A DNA stretch of 64,000 nucleotides from the NCBI GenBank assembly GCA_963704385.1, contig OY969904.1, forward strand, positions 4,908,825 to 4,972,824, given 5' to 3'. Positions 1 to 9,563 of this stretch are shown one piece after another. The DNA is from an uncultured Solirubrobacterales bacterium (GTDB lineage Bacteria; Actinomycetota; Thermoleophilia; Solirubrobacterales; Solirubrobacteraceae). Below the pieces are notes generated by a model that made no database searches, was not told the DNA's origin, and worked only from the letters and a program-made list of their open reading frames with translations. Each line of letters starts with the position of its first letter. The stretch's first letter is position 1. The position numbers were made by a program, and so were the translations under genes.

Positions 1-598
1 AGAACGAGCCGGGCTGGATCCGGGCCGGCACCAGGTAGTCGCGCGCACCCTCAGGGGTCGACCGGGTCAGGTCGGGGGTCTCGATCTCCAGGAAGTCCCG
101 GCCGTTGAGGACCTCGCGCATGGTGTTGATCACGCGGTGGCGCTGGGCGATCGCCGCCTGCATCTCCGGACGGCGCAGGTCGAGCCAGCGGTACCTCAGT
201 CGCAGGTTCTCATCGACCGACTCGCCGTCTTCGAGCGGGAACGGTGGCGTGTCGGCGTCGCCAAGCAGCTCGACGTCGGTGACCGCGAGTTCGATCTCGC
301 CGGTCTTCAGGTTCGGGTTGACGTTCGCCGGGTCGCGCCGCGAGACCGTTCCGGCCGCGCTGATCACGTCCTCGGAGCGCAGGTCGTGGGCGGCCGCGTG
401 CGCCGCGGGCGCCCGGTCAGGGTGGAAGACGAGCTGCACGATCCCCGAGCGGTCGCGCAGGTCGATGAAGATCAGCCCGCCGTGGTCGCGGCGCCGGTTG
501 ACCCAACCGGCCACGCGCGCCTGACTGCCCGCGCGCTCAGCCGTCAGCTGCCCGCACCAGGCGTCCCGGTACAGGTTGGGCCGCGGCGCTAGCTTCAC
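1..598 (-). CDS. aspS: Aspartate--tRNA ligase, N-terminal part (runs off window)
   Basis: Manual translation from GTG at 598: ...YRDAWCGQL...RVAGWVNRRRDHGGLIFIDLRDRSGIVQLVF; GTGA overlap with hisS stop; canonical hisS-aspS pairing. Confidence 0.95.
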   Translation of the reverse strand, partial: MKLAPRPNLYRDAWCGQLTAERAGSQARVAGWVNRRRDHGGLIFIDLRDRSGIVQLVFHPDRAPAAHAAAHDLRSEDVISAAGTVSRRDPANVNPNLKTGEIELAVTDVELLGDADTPPFPLEDGESVDENLRLRYRWLDLRRPEMQAAIAQRHRVINTMREVLNGRDFLEIETPDLTRSTPEGARDYLVPARIQPGSF

Positions 599-1839
599 GA
601 CAGCCTGCTCCCCCGCAGGATCGTCGGGATCACGTCGGTCCGGCGGAGCTCGCGCTCCTGGCCGGACTCCATGTCCCTGAGGCTCGCCGTACCGTCATCG
701 CCGATGATCGCCACGTACCGGGCCCCGATCCGGTCGGCGTGCCTGAGCTGGCCCCTGAGCGAGCGGCCGGCGAGCTCGAGCTGGGCTTTCAGCCCGGCGC
801 GGCGCGCCTCGTTCGCGAGGTCGAAGGCCTCGGGTCCGCCGGTCGGCACGGCCACCGCGACGTATAGGTCCACGAGGGCCGGCGAGGTCGGCAGCTCCCC
901 GGCGGCCAGCAGCATTCGCTCCAGGCCTGCCGCCCAACCGCAGCCCGGCGTGGGCGGACCGTCCAGCTGCTCGATCAGTCGGTCGTAGCGTCCTCCGCCG
1001 CCCACGCCCGACTGCGCCCCGAGGGCGTCGCTCTCGAACTCGAACACGGTCCGCGTGTAGTAGTCCAGTCCGCGGACCAGCGTTGGGTCCAGCTCGTAGC
1101 GGACACCGGCGCCGTCGAGCAGGGCACGCACGTGGGCAAAGTGCTCAGCGTCCTCGGGCGCGAGGCGGCCGAGGAGGGTGGGCGCGTTCTCCATGACGGC
1201 GCGGGTCCGCGTGTCGGAGGCATCGAACGCGCGCACGGGGTTCTGATCGATCCGGTGGCGGACCTCGTCTGAGAGCTCCTGCTCGTGTTCGCGCAGGTAG
1301 GCCTTGAGCTCCTCCCGGTACTCGGCCCGCGTCTCGGGCGTGCCCAGGCTGGAGATCCGAAGCCGGGCGCCCCGTACGCCGAGGGAGTCCAGCAGGCCGT
1401 CGAGCAGCACGATCAGCTCAGCGTCCGTCTCCGGCTCGGCGGAGCCGATCGCCTCGGCGCCGATTTGCCAGAACTCCCGGTAGCGTCCTCTCTGCGGCGC
1501 CTCGGCCCGGAAGAAGCTCGACAGGTACCAGAGCTTCACGGGCTGGGGGAGCTTGTGCATCCCGTGCTCGAGGTAGGCCCGGCACACCGGCGCCGTGCCC
1601 TCGGGCCGGAGCGTGAGCGAGCGTCCGCCGGCGTCGGTGAACGTGTACATCTCCTTCTGGACGATGTCCGTCGCCTCCCCCACCCCGCGCGCGAACAGCT
1701 CCGTGTGCTCGAACGCGGGCGTCTCGATCCGCTCGTACCCGGCGGCCTCGAGAATCCGCTTGGCGTGCGCCTCGGCGACCTCGCGGCGGGCAGCCTGATC
1801 GGGAAGCACGTCGAACGTGCCGCGCGGGGCCCTGATCAC
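595..1839 (-). CDS. hisS: Histidine--tRNA ligase
   Basis: APRGTFD, QKEMYTF, LRPEGTAPV, QRGRYREFWQ, LVRGLDYYT, GGGRYD motifs. Confidence 0.97.
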   Translation of the reverse strand: MIRAPRGTFDVLPDQAARREVAEAHAKRILEAAGYERIETPAFEHTELFARGVGEATDIVQKEMYTFTDAGGRSLTLRPEGTAPVCRAYLEHGMHKLPQPVKLWYLSSFFRAEAPQRGRYREFWQIGAEAIGSAEPETDAELIVLLDGLLDSLGVRGARLRISSLGTPETRAEYREELKAYLREHEQELSDEVRHRIDQNPVRAFDASDTRTRAVMENAPTLLGRLAPEDAEHFAHVRALLDGAGVRYELDPTLVRGLDYYTRTVFEFESDALGAQSGVGGGGRYDRLIEQLDGPPTPGCGWAAGLERMLLAAGELPTSPALVDLYVAVAVPTGGPEAFDLANEARRAGLKAQLELAGRSLRGQLRHADRIGARYVAIIGDDGTASLRDMESGQERELRRTDVIPTILRGSRLS

Positions 1840-1842
1840 GGC

Positions 1843-2490
1843 CTACCTGCCCGCGAGCTCTTGGAGGAACGGGTTGGTGTCGCGCTCGCGGCCGAGCGTC
1901 GTGGTGCCCATGTGCCCCGGGTACACGGCCGTCTCGGGCGGGAACGCCCCGACCAGCGACTCGATCGAGCGCAGCAGCGTCGGCCAGTCGCCACCGGGCA
2001 GATCGACGCGGCCCACCGAGCCCTGGAAGAGCACGTCGCCGGAGAACAGCGCGTCCTCGTCCCTGACGGCGTAGGTGACGTGGCCGGGGCTGTGCCCGGG
2101 CGTGAACATGACCTCGAACCGAAGTCCGGCGAGTTCGAGCGTCTCTCCGCCGGCCACGGTTTGGTCGGCCTCGTAGCTCTCGAACGGCCCGATGCCGGGC
2201 CACGGCACGTAGTCCATGATGTTGGCGAGCACTCCCGTTTCGAGCCTGGGGCAGTACACGGTTGCGTTGGTCGCCCGAGCCACCGGCGCGACGGCGCCGA
2301 TGTGGTCGAAGTGGGTGTGGGTGATGAGGATCGCCTCGACCGTCTCGATGCCGAGCTCCTCGACGGCCTCCAGGAGTCTGTCGGGCTCGTCCCCGGGGTC
2401 GACGATCACCGCCGTGCGCGCACCCCGTTCGCGCACGATGTAGCAGTTCTCCTGGACGGGGCCGACGGTGAACATTCGGGCGTCGATCAT
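1843..2490 (-). CDS. MBL-fold metallo-hydrolase (glyoxalase II-like)
   Basis: THTHFDHIG, TPGHSPGH, FSGDVLF, YPGHMG motifs. Confidence 0.93.
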   Translation of the reverse strand: MIDARMFTVGPVQENCYIVRERGARTAVIVDPGDEPDRLLEAVEELGIETVEAILITHTHFDHIGAVAPVARATNATVYCPRLETGVLANIMDYVPWPGIGPFESYEADQTVAGGETLELAGLRFEVMFTPGHSPGHVTYAVRDEDALFSGDVLFQGSVGRVDLPGGDWPTLLRSIESLVGAFPPETAVYPGHMGTTTLGRERDTNPFLQELAGR

Positions 2491-2882
2491 CGGCCGCCAC
2501 CGCCCTTCTTCTGAGAGCCCGCGCCTGCCTCCGCCGCCTTCTTGCGTTGCCGCCGCCGGAAGAGCGTCATCTCGAACCAGTAACCCGCGGGTATGTAGAT
2601 GGCGATAGCGACCGCGGTGAAGAGCACGGCCGCCTCCAGCTTGTTCTTGCCCTTGGCGGTGAGGAGCAGGAAGGCGAAGACCAGCGCTCCCCCGATCAGC
2701 GCGCGGGTGACCGACGACCGCCAGGTCGGGGGGGTGTTCAGCCGCCGCTCGCGCGCGCTCGCGCGCGTCTGGCTCTTGCGCTCCTCGGCCGTAGGTGGAC
2801 GACCGGTGCGCCCGCGAGCCTCGATCGTCCCCGCCGGAGTGCCGCGGTGCTTGGTTCGACGCTTGCGCCTGGTCTGGGCCAT
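2487..2882 (-). CDS. Hypothetical membrane protein (basic N-terminus, 2 TM)
   Basis: 131 aa, two hydrophobic segments, ATGA-type overlap with the MBL gene. Confidence 0.75.
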   Translation of the reverse strand: MAQTRRKRRTKHRGTPAGTIEARGRTGRPPTAEERKSQTRASARERRLNTPPTWRSSVTRALIGGALVFAFLLLTAKGKNKLEAAVLFTAVAIAIYIPAGYWFEMTLFRRRQRKKAAEAGAGSQKKGGGGR

Positions 2883-2916
2883 TGGTACGGAGCTTAGCCT
2901 GGCGCCCGGAGCCCGG

Positions 2917-3780
2917 CTACGCCGCGCCCCTCAACGCGTCCTCGATCGTGGCCCGGCCGCGGATCTCGAGATCGTCAGGGAAGCCGTCGAACGCCGCGCG
3001 CGGGGCCAGGCCGACGAGCTCCGTCTCGGCCACCCGGGCATGCCGGGCCACGGCGGCGACGACGGCGGCCAGTGGCGTGGCGCGGTGATCCTCGATATTG
3101 GTCGAGACCTGTGCCCGCTCGCGGTCCGCCAGCCACACCCCGATCGCCCGCAGCGAATCGAGCCCCTCGTCTCCGCCCTCGCGGATCGCCGCCGCGATCG
3201 CCTTGGCGTCGCGCAGCGACGCCGGCGGAGCGAGTTCGACGTTGAAGGCCACCAGCGGTGGGCGGGCGGCGACAAGCACGGCACCGGCCGTGGGGTGCAG
3301 CTCATGGGGTCCGAAGTCGGGCGCCAGCGCCCCGCTTGCCATCCGAGCCGCGAGCGCCGGGGGACCGCCGCGGCGTAGCTCCGCGCGGGTCCGCCCGCCG
3401 GCCAGCACGCCATAGAGGAATACGGGCAGCCCCAGCTCGTGGCCCAGAAGGTCGCCCAGCACGAGCGCCTCGGCCCAGGCCGGTCCTCGATCGTCATCGC
3501 CCAGGTAGACGATCGGCGCGACGTCGAGTGCGCCGATGCGGGGGTGGACACCCTCGTGAAGGTGGAGGTTGATCCTGGCCACCACCTCCCGAGCGGCGCG
3601 GGCCACGACGCCCGAAAGCTCTCCCGGGCGACCCGCGACGGTGAACACGCTGCGGTTGTGGTCGGGATCGGCATGGACGTCGAGCAGCCCGTCGCCAAAG
3701 GCCCGGGCGACGTCGTCGATCAGCTCCCGGTCGCGGCCTTCGGAGATGTTGGGGACGGCCAGCAGCGTGGTCGCGGTCAC
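2917..3780 (-). CDS. ftcD: Glutamate formiminotransferase (FTCD transferase domain)
   Basis: VPNISEGRD, DPDHNRSVFT, HEGVHPRIGALDVAPIV, ETELVGLAP; GTG at 3780 overlaps upstream stop. Confidence 0.88.
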   Translation of the reverse strand: MTATTLLAVPNISEGRDRELIDDVARAFGDGLLDVHADPDHNRSVFTVAGRPGELSGVVARAAREVVARINLHLHEGVHPRIGALDVAPIVYLGDDDRGPAWAEALVLGDLLGHELGLPVFLYGVLAGGRTRAELRRGGPPALAARMASGALAPDFGPHELHPTAGAVLVAARPPLVAFNVELAPPASLRDAKAIAAAIREGGDEGLDSLRAIGVWLADRERAQVSTNIEDHRATPLAAVVAAVARHARVAETELVGLAPRAAFDGFPDDLEIRGRATIEDALRGAA

Positions 3781-4160
3781 TGCGCGTCCAGCACGTAGCG
3801 TCCCTCGTCCAGGAGGCGACGGCCGTCGACCTCGAGCGTCGGGTCGAGCACGACCGCATCGAGGTGGATCGGCACCGAGACGGTGCCGCCGATCCCGGCG
3901 CTGGCGCCGAAGGCGACCTGGACGGTGCCGAGGATCTTCTCGTCCTCGAGCACGTTTTCGGTCAGGGTCGCGTGATCGTTGGTGCCGACGCCGAGTTCGG
4001 CGAGATTCGTCCCGGGTTCGCCGTGGGCCTTCAGCCAGTGGAAGTACGCCGGCCCGAGGCCGCCCTGCGCCGGATCGACGATCACGAGCATCCCCTCCCC
4101 CGGCTTCACGGGCAGGCAGCGCTGGACTACGGTCTGCAGAGCTCGCGCGAGAGCCGGCAC
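3777..4160 (-). pseudogene. M29 (leucyl/thermophilic) aminopeptidase with large in-frame internal deletion
   Basis: N-terminal CLPVKPGEGMLVIVDP joins directly to C-terminal motifs NLAELGVGTN, LEDEKILGTV, VPIHLD; only 127 aa; usual TVHVAFG reads TVQVAFG. Confidence 0.75.
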
Positions 4161-4252
4161 GGGCGCGGATCATATGGCGCGGCTTGGGCCCGCCGACTCG
4201 GGCGGCGCCGACGCAATGGCGCGTACCGCCGCGCCGCTAGACTCGCCCCCGC

Positions 4253-4326
4253 GCCGGAGTAGCTCAGTCGGTTAGAGCAGCGGAATCATAATCCGCGTGT
4301 CGGGGGTTCGAGTCCCTCCTCCGGCA
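4253..4326 (+). tRNA. tRNA with CAT anticodon (elongator Met or Ile2), CCA not encoded
   Basis: Acceptor GCCGGAG/CTCCGGC, D arm AGCTCAGTCGGTTAGAGC, anticodon arm GCGGA-ATCATAA-TCCGC, T arm GGGGGTTCGAGTCCC; -10-like TAGACT at 4238-4243. Confidence 0.95.
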
Positions 4327-4477
4327 TCGCTGTGTTGCTACCGAATCGCCTGTAGGTCGTGCCCCTCGGCACTGGAAGGTTCTTGATGTACCGGCCGGTC
4401 GTCGCGAGGTCGCCGTGGCCGAGACATTCCTGTATCTGCTTGAGGTTGTAGCCGGCCGCCATCAGAAAGCTCGCGTA
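4327..4477 (-). pseudogene. Tyrosine integrase C-terminal remnant next to tRNA 3' end
   Basis: YASFLMAAGYNLKQIQECLGHGDLATTGRY matches box II (LGH...TT.RY); nothing recognisable upstream. Confidence 0.8.
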
Positions 4478-4896
4478 ACCAGCTCGACCAGTGGGGAGGC
4501 TCGAGCCAGGCGGACGTCGGTGCTCCAGAGCGGGAGCGAGCCGAGCTCGCTGGCGAGCTCGACATAGAGCGCGTCGACGAGCCGCAGCTCGGCCCGGCGC
4601 TCCCACGCCCCGACGAGTAGTGGCGCGAGCGGGTGCCGCCGGACGGGCGCGCTCGCGAGCTCGTTGAGCAGCGCGGCGACCGTGTTCTTGGGAAGCTCGC
4701 CAGCGCGGTGAAGGCGCCCAAGCGCCGACAGGACCTCGGCGTCCAGGTGGGCAGGGGCGTGGAGGATCCGCCCTCGCACCCGTTCGCGCACCGTGACCCC
4801 GACGGCGGTTCCCACCAGTGCCTCGACAAGGGCAGAGGGGTCTAGTACGACGGCGTGGGAAGGCGGTCTAGGCGCCGAGCTCGTCGCGGGCGTCAT
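4462..4896 (-). CDS. vapC: PIN-domain toxin (VapC family)
   Basis: VVLDPSALVE, APAHLDAEV, DALYVELA, LWSTDVRL; overlaps upstream antitoxin. Confidence 0.88.
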   Translation of the reverse strand: MTPATSSAPRPPSHAVVLDPSALVEALVGTAVGVTVRERVRGRILHAPAHLDAEVLSALGRLHRAGELPKNTVAALLNELASAPVRRHPLAPLLVGAWERRAELRLVDALYVELASELGSLPLWSTDVRLARASPLVELVTRAF

Positions 4897-5089
4897 CGAG
4901 CGCCTCGATCACCCGCTCGTGCGCGATCGCGGTGCGTGGCAGGTCCTCGAGTCGGTCAAGCCACCGGTCGGTGTCTTTGAGCGCGAGCGCCTCCTCGAGC
5001 GCTTCTTGCGTGACGCCCGAGACATTGAGGCCCGCGTCTCGCGCTCGCGCCGCCAGCTCGTCGGGCAGGTAAACGTTCACCCGTGCCAT
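4868..5089 (-). CDS. Antitoxin (CcdA/VapB-like ribbon-helix-helix)
   Basis: MARVNVYLPDELAARARDAGLNVS...QEAL; 73 aa, directly upstream of the PIN gene. Confidence 0.88.
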   Translation of the reverse strand: MARVNVYLPDELAARARDAGLNVSGVTQEALEEALALKDTDRWLDRLEDLPRTAIAHERVIEALDDARDELGA

Positions 5090-5095
5090 GCGCAT

Positions 5096-5101
5096 ATTAT
5101 A
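5096..5101 (-). promoter_or_regulatory. -10 element TATAAT; probably leaderless TA transcript
   Basis: Perfect TATAAT on minus strand 6 nt before the ATG at 5089; no SD. Confidence 0.65.
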
Positions 5102-5478
5102 CACACAAGAGCGAACGAAGGCGCACGGCCCAGCCCAAAGCGACCAGGCGCTGCGCTGGGCATAGGCCATCGACAGCGCCCACCTCCCAGCTCCGAGACG
5201 CCCTCCACTTCTAATGCGCCGCTGGTCCCCGCAGCGCTCTCTCCCCCCGCCCCTCGATGTCGTCCCGCGCTGCCATTGCCGTTGACTTTGGGTCTGTCTT
5301 TCCAGTTTGGTCCTGGTGGATTCCCTGCCGTTGCTCCCCGTCGCTTCGCGATCGCCCCCGTCCCGTGCCCGCCGCCCAGCAGAACCCCAGCCCCCGGCGG
5401 CGCCCTGCTCGTCGAGACCTGCACTCGTTGTCGCGCAGGCATCGCGGCCCACGTTTGTGCAGCAGTGCGCGCGCGGGA

Positions 5479-7284
5479 TCAGCTGGCGTGGCCGTCCGCC
5501 AGCTTCTCGGCCTCGTGTAGTCGAGCATCGATCAGGTCGAGGCCGAGATTCCAGAAGCTCGGATCTCTGAGATCCAAGCCGATCAGCTCGACGAGCCGTT
5601 GTGGGTCGCGTGAGCCGCCGGCGGCGAGCATCGCGAGGTAGCTGTTCACGAATGGCTCCCCGATCTGTTGGTAGCGCGCGTACGCCGCGAGCGCCAGCAA
5701 CTGCCCGAAGGCGTAGCTGTACACGTAGCCGGGTGTGTCGAAGAAGAAGTGCGGAACGGTCGACCAGCAGTGCTCGCTGGCGGGGGTGGGCTCCACAGCC
5801 TCGCCGTAGTAGTCGCGCATAGCCTGGGAGTAGAGGTCGCCCAGCGTCTCGGGTGAGAGTTCTCCGTCAGCTCTGCGCGCTGTGTGCGCGGCATCCTCGA
5901 AGCGGTTGAAGGCGATCTGCCAGTGCACGGGCAGCAGCGCGTTGTCGATGCTGCGGCCGATGATCCCCAGTCTCTCCCGATCGTTCCCGGCGCTTGCAAC
6001 CAGTCGCTCGATCAGCAGTGTCTCGCCGAAGGTCGACGCCGTCTCGGCGATGGTTATCGTCGGCATGAAGTCAAAGGTTCCGCGGGGCGCGGCGAGTACA
6101 GCGTGAAGGCCGTGGCCGAGTTCGTGGGCCATCGTCAACACATCACCGATGCGCCCGCGGTAGTTCAACAACACGTGGGGGTGCACGGTGCACGACCAGT
6201 TACAGAACGCCCCTGGAAACTTCGTCGGCCGCGGCGGCGCGTCGATCCAGCCCTCATCGAAGAAGCGCGCGACGATCTCGCGCGCCTCCGATGACAGCGA
6301 ACCGTAACTCTCAAGCACAAGCTCTCGCGCCTCGACATAGGAGTAGCGGCCTTCGAGGTCTCCGATAGGTGCCATCACGTCGTAATCGGCGAGCTGGTCC
6401 AGTCCGAGCAGCCTCGCCTTCAGCCGGTGCCAGCGGTGGGCGATGTCGTAGCGGCCGACCACCGCGTCGACTAGGGCATTCACCGCCTCACCGGAGATCT
6501 CGTTCTCACGATTCCGCGCATCAAGCCAATGGCGGCGTCCTCGCAGCCGATCGAGCGTCGCGTGCCCCTGCAGCAATGCGTTGTACACGAACGAGCGGGT
6601 TCCAAGACCCGGCTCCTGCGCCGCCACAAACCCCTCCATGAACTGCTTTCGCACCCCACGGTCGGGATCCTCGAGCATGCTCAGAAACGCACCGACACCG
6701 ACCTGCTCACCGCCAACCTCACATTGCACCTCCGAGATCAGCCCGTTGGCCAGCCGGACCCACGCAAACCGGCTCGTCGCCGACGTCTCGGACAGGACCC
6801 GCTCCTCGGCGACGCTGAGCTGCTCGCTCGCGGCGTCGTGCACCCGACGAAGATGATGGGCCGCGAACTCGACCTCCGGACCCGCCTCCGCGAGCAGCCG
6901 CTCCACCGCGTCCTGCGATCCAGCGCCCCACTCCAGCTCAAAGAACCGCAGCTTCTGCTCGATCTCGGAGCGCCGCTCCGCCACAAGCCCATACAACGCG
7001 CCGGCAGCCGCGTCCGAGAGATCCCGCTGATGCGAGAGCGAGGCGTACAGAAACGCTCGCATCATCGTCTCACGAATCCCCGACCACTCCTGCGCCGCCG
7101 CAGCGAACTCCGGGGCGTCAAGCTGCAGCACGCGCCCGCCGTACCGCACGGCGAAATCAGCGGCGCGCCGCGCGGCGTCGTCAACCAGCGCGCGCGCACC
7201 GTCTGCACCGCCACTGTCGACGAGCGGCTCGAGATCCCACACGGCCGCCGCCAAACCCGCGTCACCGATCTCTCCCGAAGCCAC
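5479..7284 (-). CDS. M3 family oligoendopeptidase (PepF-like)
   Basis: TMAHELGHGLH (HExxH), IAETASTFGE, WSTVPHFF, YVYSYAFG. Confidence 0.92.
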   Translation of the reverse strand: MASGEIGDAGLAAAVWDLEPLVDSGGADGARALVDDAARRAADFAVRYGGRVLQLDAPEFAAAAQEWSGIRETMMRAFLYASLSHQRDLSDAAAGALYGLVAERRSEIEQKLRFFELEWGAGSQDAVERLLAEAGPEVEFAAHHLRRVHDAASEQLSVAEERVLSETSATSRFAWVRLANGLISEVQCEVGGEQVGVGAFLSMLEDPDRGVRKQFMEGFVAAQEPGLGTRSFVYNALLQGHATLDRLRGRRHWLDARNRENEISGEAVNALVDAVVGRYDIAHRWHRLKARLLGLDQLADYDVMAPIGDLEGRYSYVEARELVLESYGSLSSEAREIVARFFDEGWIDAPPRPTKFPGAFCNWSCTVHPHVLLNYRGRIGDVLTMAHELGHGLHAVLAAPRGTFDFMPTITIAETASTFGETLLIERLVASAGNDRERLGIIGRSIDNALLPVHWQIAFNRFEDAAHTARRADGELSPETLGDLYSQAMRDYYGEAVEPTPASEHCWSTVPHFFFDTPGYVYSYAFGQLLALAAYARYQQIGEPFVNSYLAMLAAGGSRDPQRLVELIGLDLRDPSFWNLGLDLIDARLHEAEKLADGHAS

Positions 7285-7346
7285 AGTCGCCCGAAGCCTA
7301 TTCGCGCGCGACCTGCTCTGCGACCGCAGCGAGCGTCTCGGCGTAA

Positions 7347-7388
7347 CGCCGGCTCCCCTGAATTGCGCAGACTGCAGGGGAGCCGGCG
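7347..7388. repeat. Perfect 14-bp inverted repeat (hairpin)
   Basis: CGCCGGCTCCCCTG (7347-7360) / CAGGGGAGCCGGCG (7375-7388). Confidence 0.85.
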
Positions 7389-7558
7389 CCCTCTAATCTG
7401 AACGGAGCCGGGCACTGCCGGAAGTCGTTGTCCTCATGGCGAGGACCAGGACGCGACCGGCGGTTGGGGCGGGAGACCTGCTCTCCTACCGACGCGGGCA
7501 CGGTGCGCCGTCGCTTTCGCGGCATCCCGCATATGGCCCCGTCACTGCGACAGACCGC

Positions 7559-7726
7559 CACGGCGGCGCGGTCAGACCAGTCGGGCATCGGCCGCGAGAA
7601 CAGCCGGCCCATCGTCGCCGCGTCGTGGTCGGGCAGGTCGTCGTCGGACGGGCCCGGGGCCACGGGCCGCGTCCCGGCGAGGGTGAGCGCCGAGAACGCG
7701 TCCGGATACTCCAGCGCGGCGACCTG
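7559..7726 (-). pseudogene. Internal fragment of an alpha/beta hydrolase
   Basis: QVAALEYPDAFSALTLAGTRPVAPGPSDDDLPDHDAATMGRLFSRPMPDWSDRAAV resembles the post-nucleophile/cap region of actinobacterial hydrolases; no start or catalytic end. Confidence 0.55.
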
Positions 7727-7902
7727 GGGTGCCGACCGCGTTCTCGCAGGAGACCTGCTCGTGCCGCGGCTCGGGCATTTCGTTCTTCGGTGCCCCGGGT
7801 GATGGTGTCCGTAGAGCGATGCGGTGGGCGTTGTCGCAAGACGGTGCGCTTGCGGTGGCCTCGCGGGCGGACATGTCGCATCTGTTCTATACATCGCAAT
7901 TT

Positions 7903-8373
7903 GTGACGATTACCCTCCGACCTCTGCGCGAGGACGACCTTGATGATCTCTTTCGATGGGAGAGCGATCCGGGGGCGGCCAGGATGGCGGCGTTCACGCG
8001 TGCCGACCCTGCGGACCGAGCCGCGTTCGACGCTCACTACCAACGCGTGCGATCCGACCCGAATAACAACACCCAAGCGATCGAAGAGGACGGCGCGCTT
8101 GCGGGGATGATCGCGAGCTTCACTGTTGACGGCGACCGCGAGCTGACCTACTGGATCGACCCAGTGCGGTGGGGGCGCGGCATCGCGTCTGAGGCCGTGC
8201 AGACCTTCATCCGGCGCGAGACTCAACGGCCGCTGTTCGCGCGCGCTGCGGCGCACAATATTGGGTCGTGCAAGGTGCTCCTGCGAAACGGGTTCATGAA
8301 GGTCGGCGAGGAGACGTCTTGGGCTGCCGGCATCGGTGAAGATGTCCTCGAGCACATCTATCGGCTGGAGTAA
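7903..8373 (+). CDS. GNAT N-acetyltransferase (RimJ/RimL-like)
   Basis: ITLRPL, ELTYWID..RWGRGIASEA, HNIGSCKVLLRNGF; GTG start chosen (ATG 7873 alternative). Confidence 0.88.
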   Translation: MTITLRPLREDDLDDLFRWESDPGAARMAAFTRADPADRAAFDAHYQRVRSDPNNNTQAIEEDGALAGMIASFTVDGDRELTYWIDPVRWGRGIASEAVQTFIRRETQRPLFARAAAHNIGSCKVLLRNGFMKVGEETSWAAGIGEDVLEHIYRLE

Positions 8374-8579
8374 TTGCGTCCGACCGCTCCCCGTGAGTGA
8401 TGGCGAAACGGGACACCCGCTTCCGGTGCGGGGCGGGCACCAAGCCGGCGACGCACGCGGTCCCGCATCGCACGGATCGAGGGCCGAAGGGCGGGGCGAA
8501 ACTCTCAAGATTCGATCTAACAGCCACGCGACCAATTACGAAGAGGGCTACTGCTCGGTGCAGCCGGGGCGCGACGCAG

Positions 8580-9056
8580 CTAGCTGCGCGGTGTCGAGCG
8601 GACATACTCGACGTCGATCGGATATGGCGGGAACGGCACGACGCGCGTGCGGCCGGTCAGAATCCATCCGCGTTTCTTGTCGAAGGCCCGCGCGCGATGA
8701 TTTTCGGTGAGCGTCCAGAGAGACGCCTCCTGGACATTCGTTTCGCGTAGCCGATCTAGAGCGAAGTCATGAAGCGTGGTTCCGATGCCTCGGCCCCAGC
8801 ACTGAGGCATCACATATAGGGTCTGCAGGACCCCGTCGCTCACGGAGATCACTCCCACGGCCTCGTCCTCGTCGAATGCGATGTGCGTCCCCCCGTCTGC
8901 GTTGGTAAGTGCGGACATCCAGTCCGCGCGAATCGTGTCAGCAGGGAACTTGTAGAGGTCTGGCGGGAAGACGTGCTGGAAGCCTGCGAGCGCGCTAGCG
9001 CGCGCCATCCGAAAGCACAGCTCGGCGTCTTCCACCGTCGCGCGCACGACTCGCAC
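8580..9056 (-). CDS. GNAT N-acetyltransferase
   Basis: LYVMPQCWGRGIG, LWTLTENHRARAF..KRGW. Confidence 0.85.
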   Translation of the reverse strand: MRVVRATVEDAELCFRMARASALAGFQHVFPPDLYKFPADTIRADWMSALTNADGGTHIAFDEDEAVGVISVSDGVLQTLYVMPQCWGRGIGTTLHDFALDRLRETNVQEASLWTLTENHRARAFDKKRGWILTGRTRVVPFPPYPIDVEYVRSTPRS

Positions 9057-9563
9057 GCTCCAAGAAGGTAGTGCGGCCAGAGAAGCAGCACAAGTCGCGC
9101 ATGCTGAACGCGCGCGCCGTGCGCCCCTGGGTGAGCGGCAGCCATCGCTGTGGCCGACGGGCTACTTCCGACAGCGACGCACCGTGTCCGGAACCCCCCT
9201 TTCGTGTTGCCACGCGTCTACATTGTCGTGCCATCGACTGCGCTCCTAAGCGCGGACTCCAGGGCACGCGTTCCCCCCGCTCGGGGCGCTGGCGATCGCA
9301 AGCGTGACAAACCGACGGCGCCGTCGCCAGCACTCGGACGAGCGAAACGTCGCCAACTCGATCGTGAGCTCGGCGACGTCGGGCTGAGCAAAGCAGACGT
9401 CCGCGGCGGGCCTAGGATCGGCTGCTAATGAGCGAGAGCAGCTGCAACGCACGCCCCGCGATTGGCGGACTCGCGATGCCGCCTTCACACGAATGGGGCG
9501 GCGCCGCTCGTGCTGCGGGGGGCCGCTCCTTCCGCGCGATTACGCGAGCGAGCAAAAGTCGCT

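Noticed and set aside
1285-2514. Long + strand ORFs opposite real genes (also 15940-17532, 11721-12719, 33139-34146 and others)
   Set aside because: Shadow ORFs of GC-rich coding DNA; no motifs; antisense to confident genes.
4300-4326. attR duplicate of the tRNA 3' end
   Set aside because: No second copy found by eye in the window.
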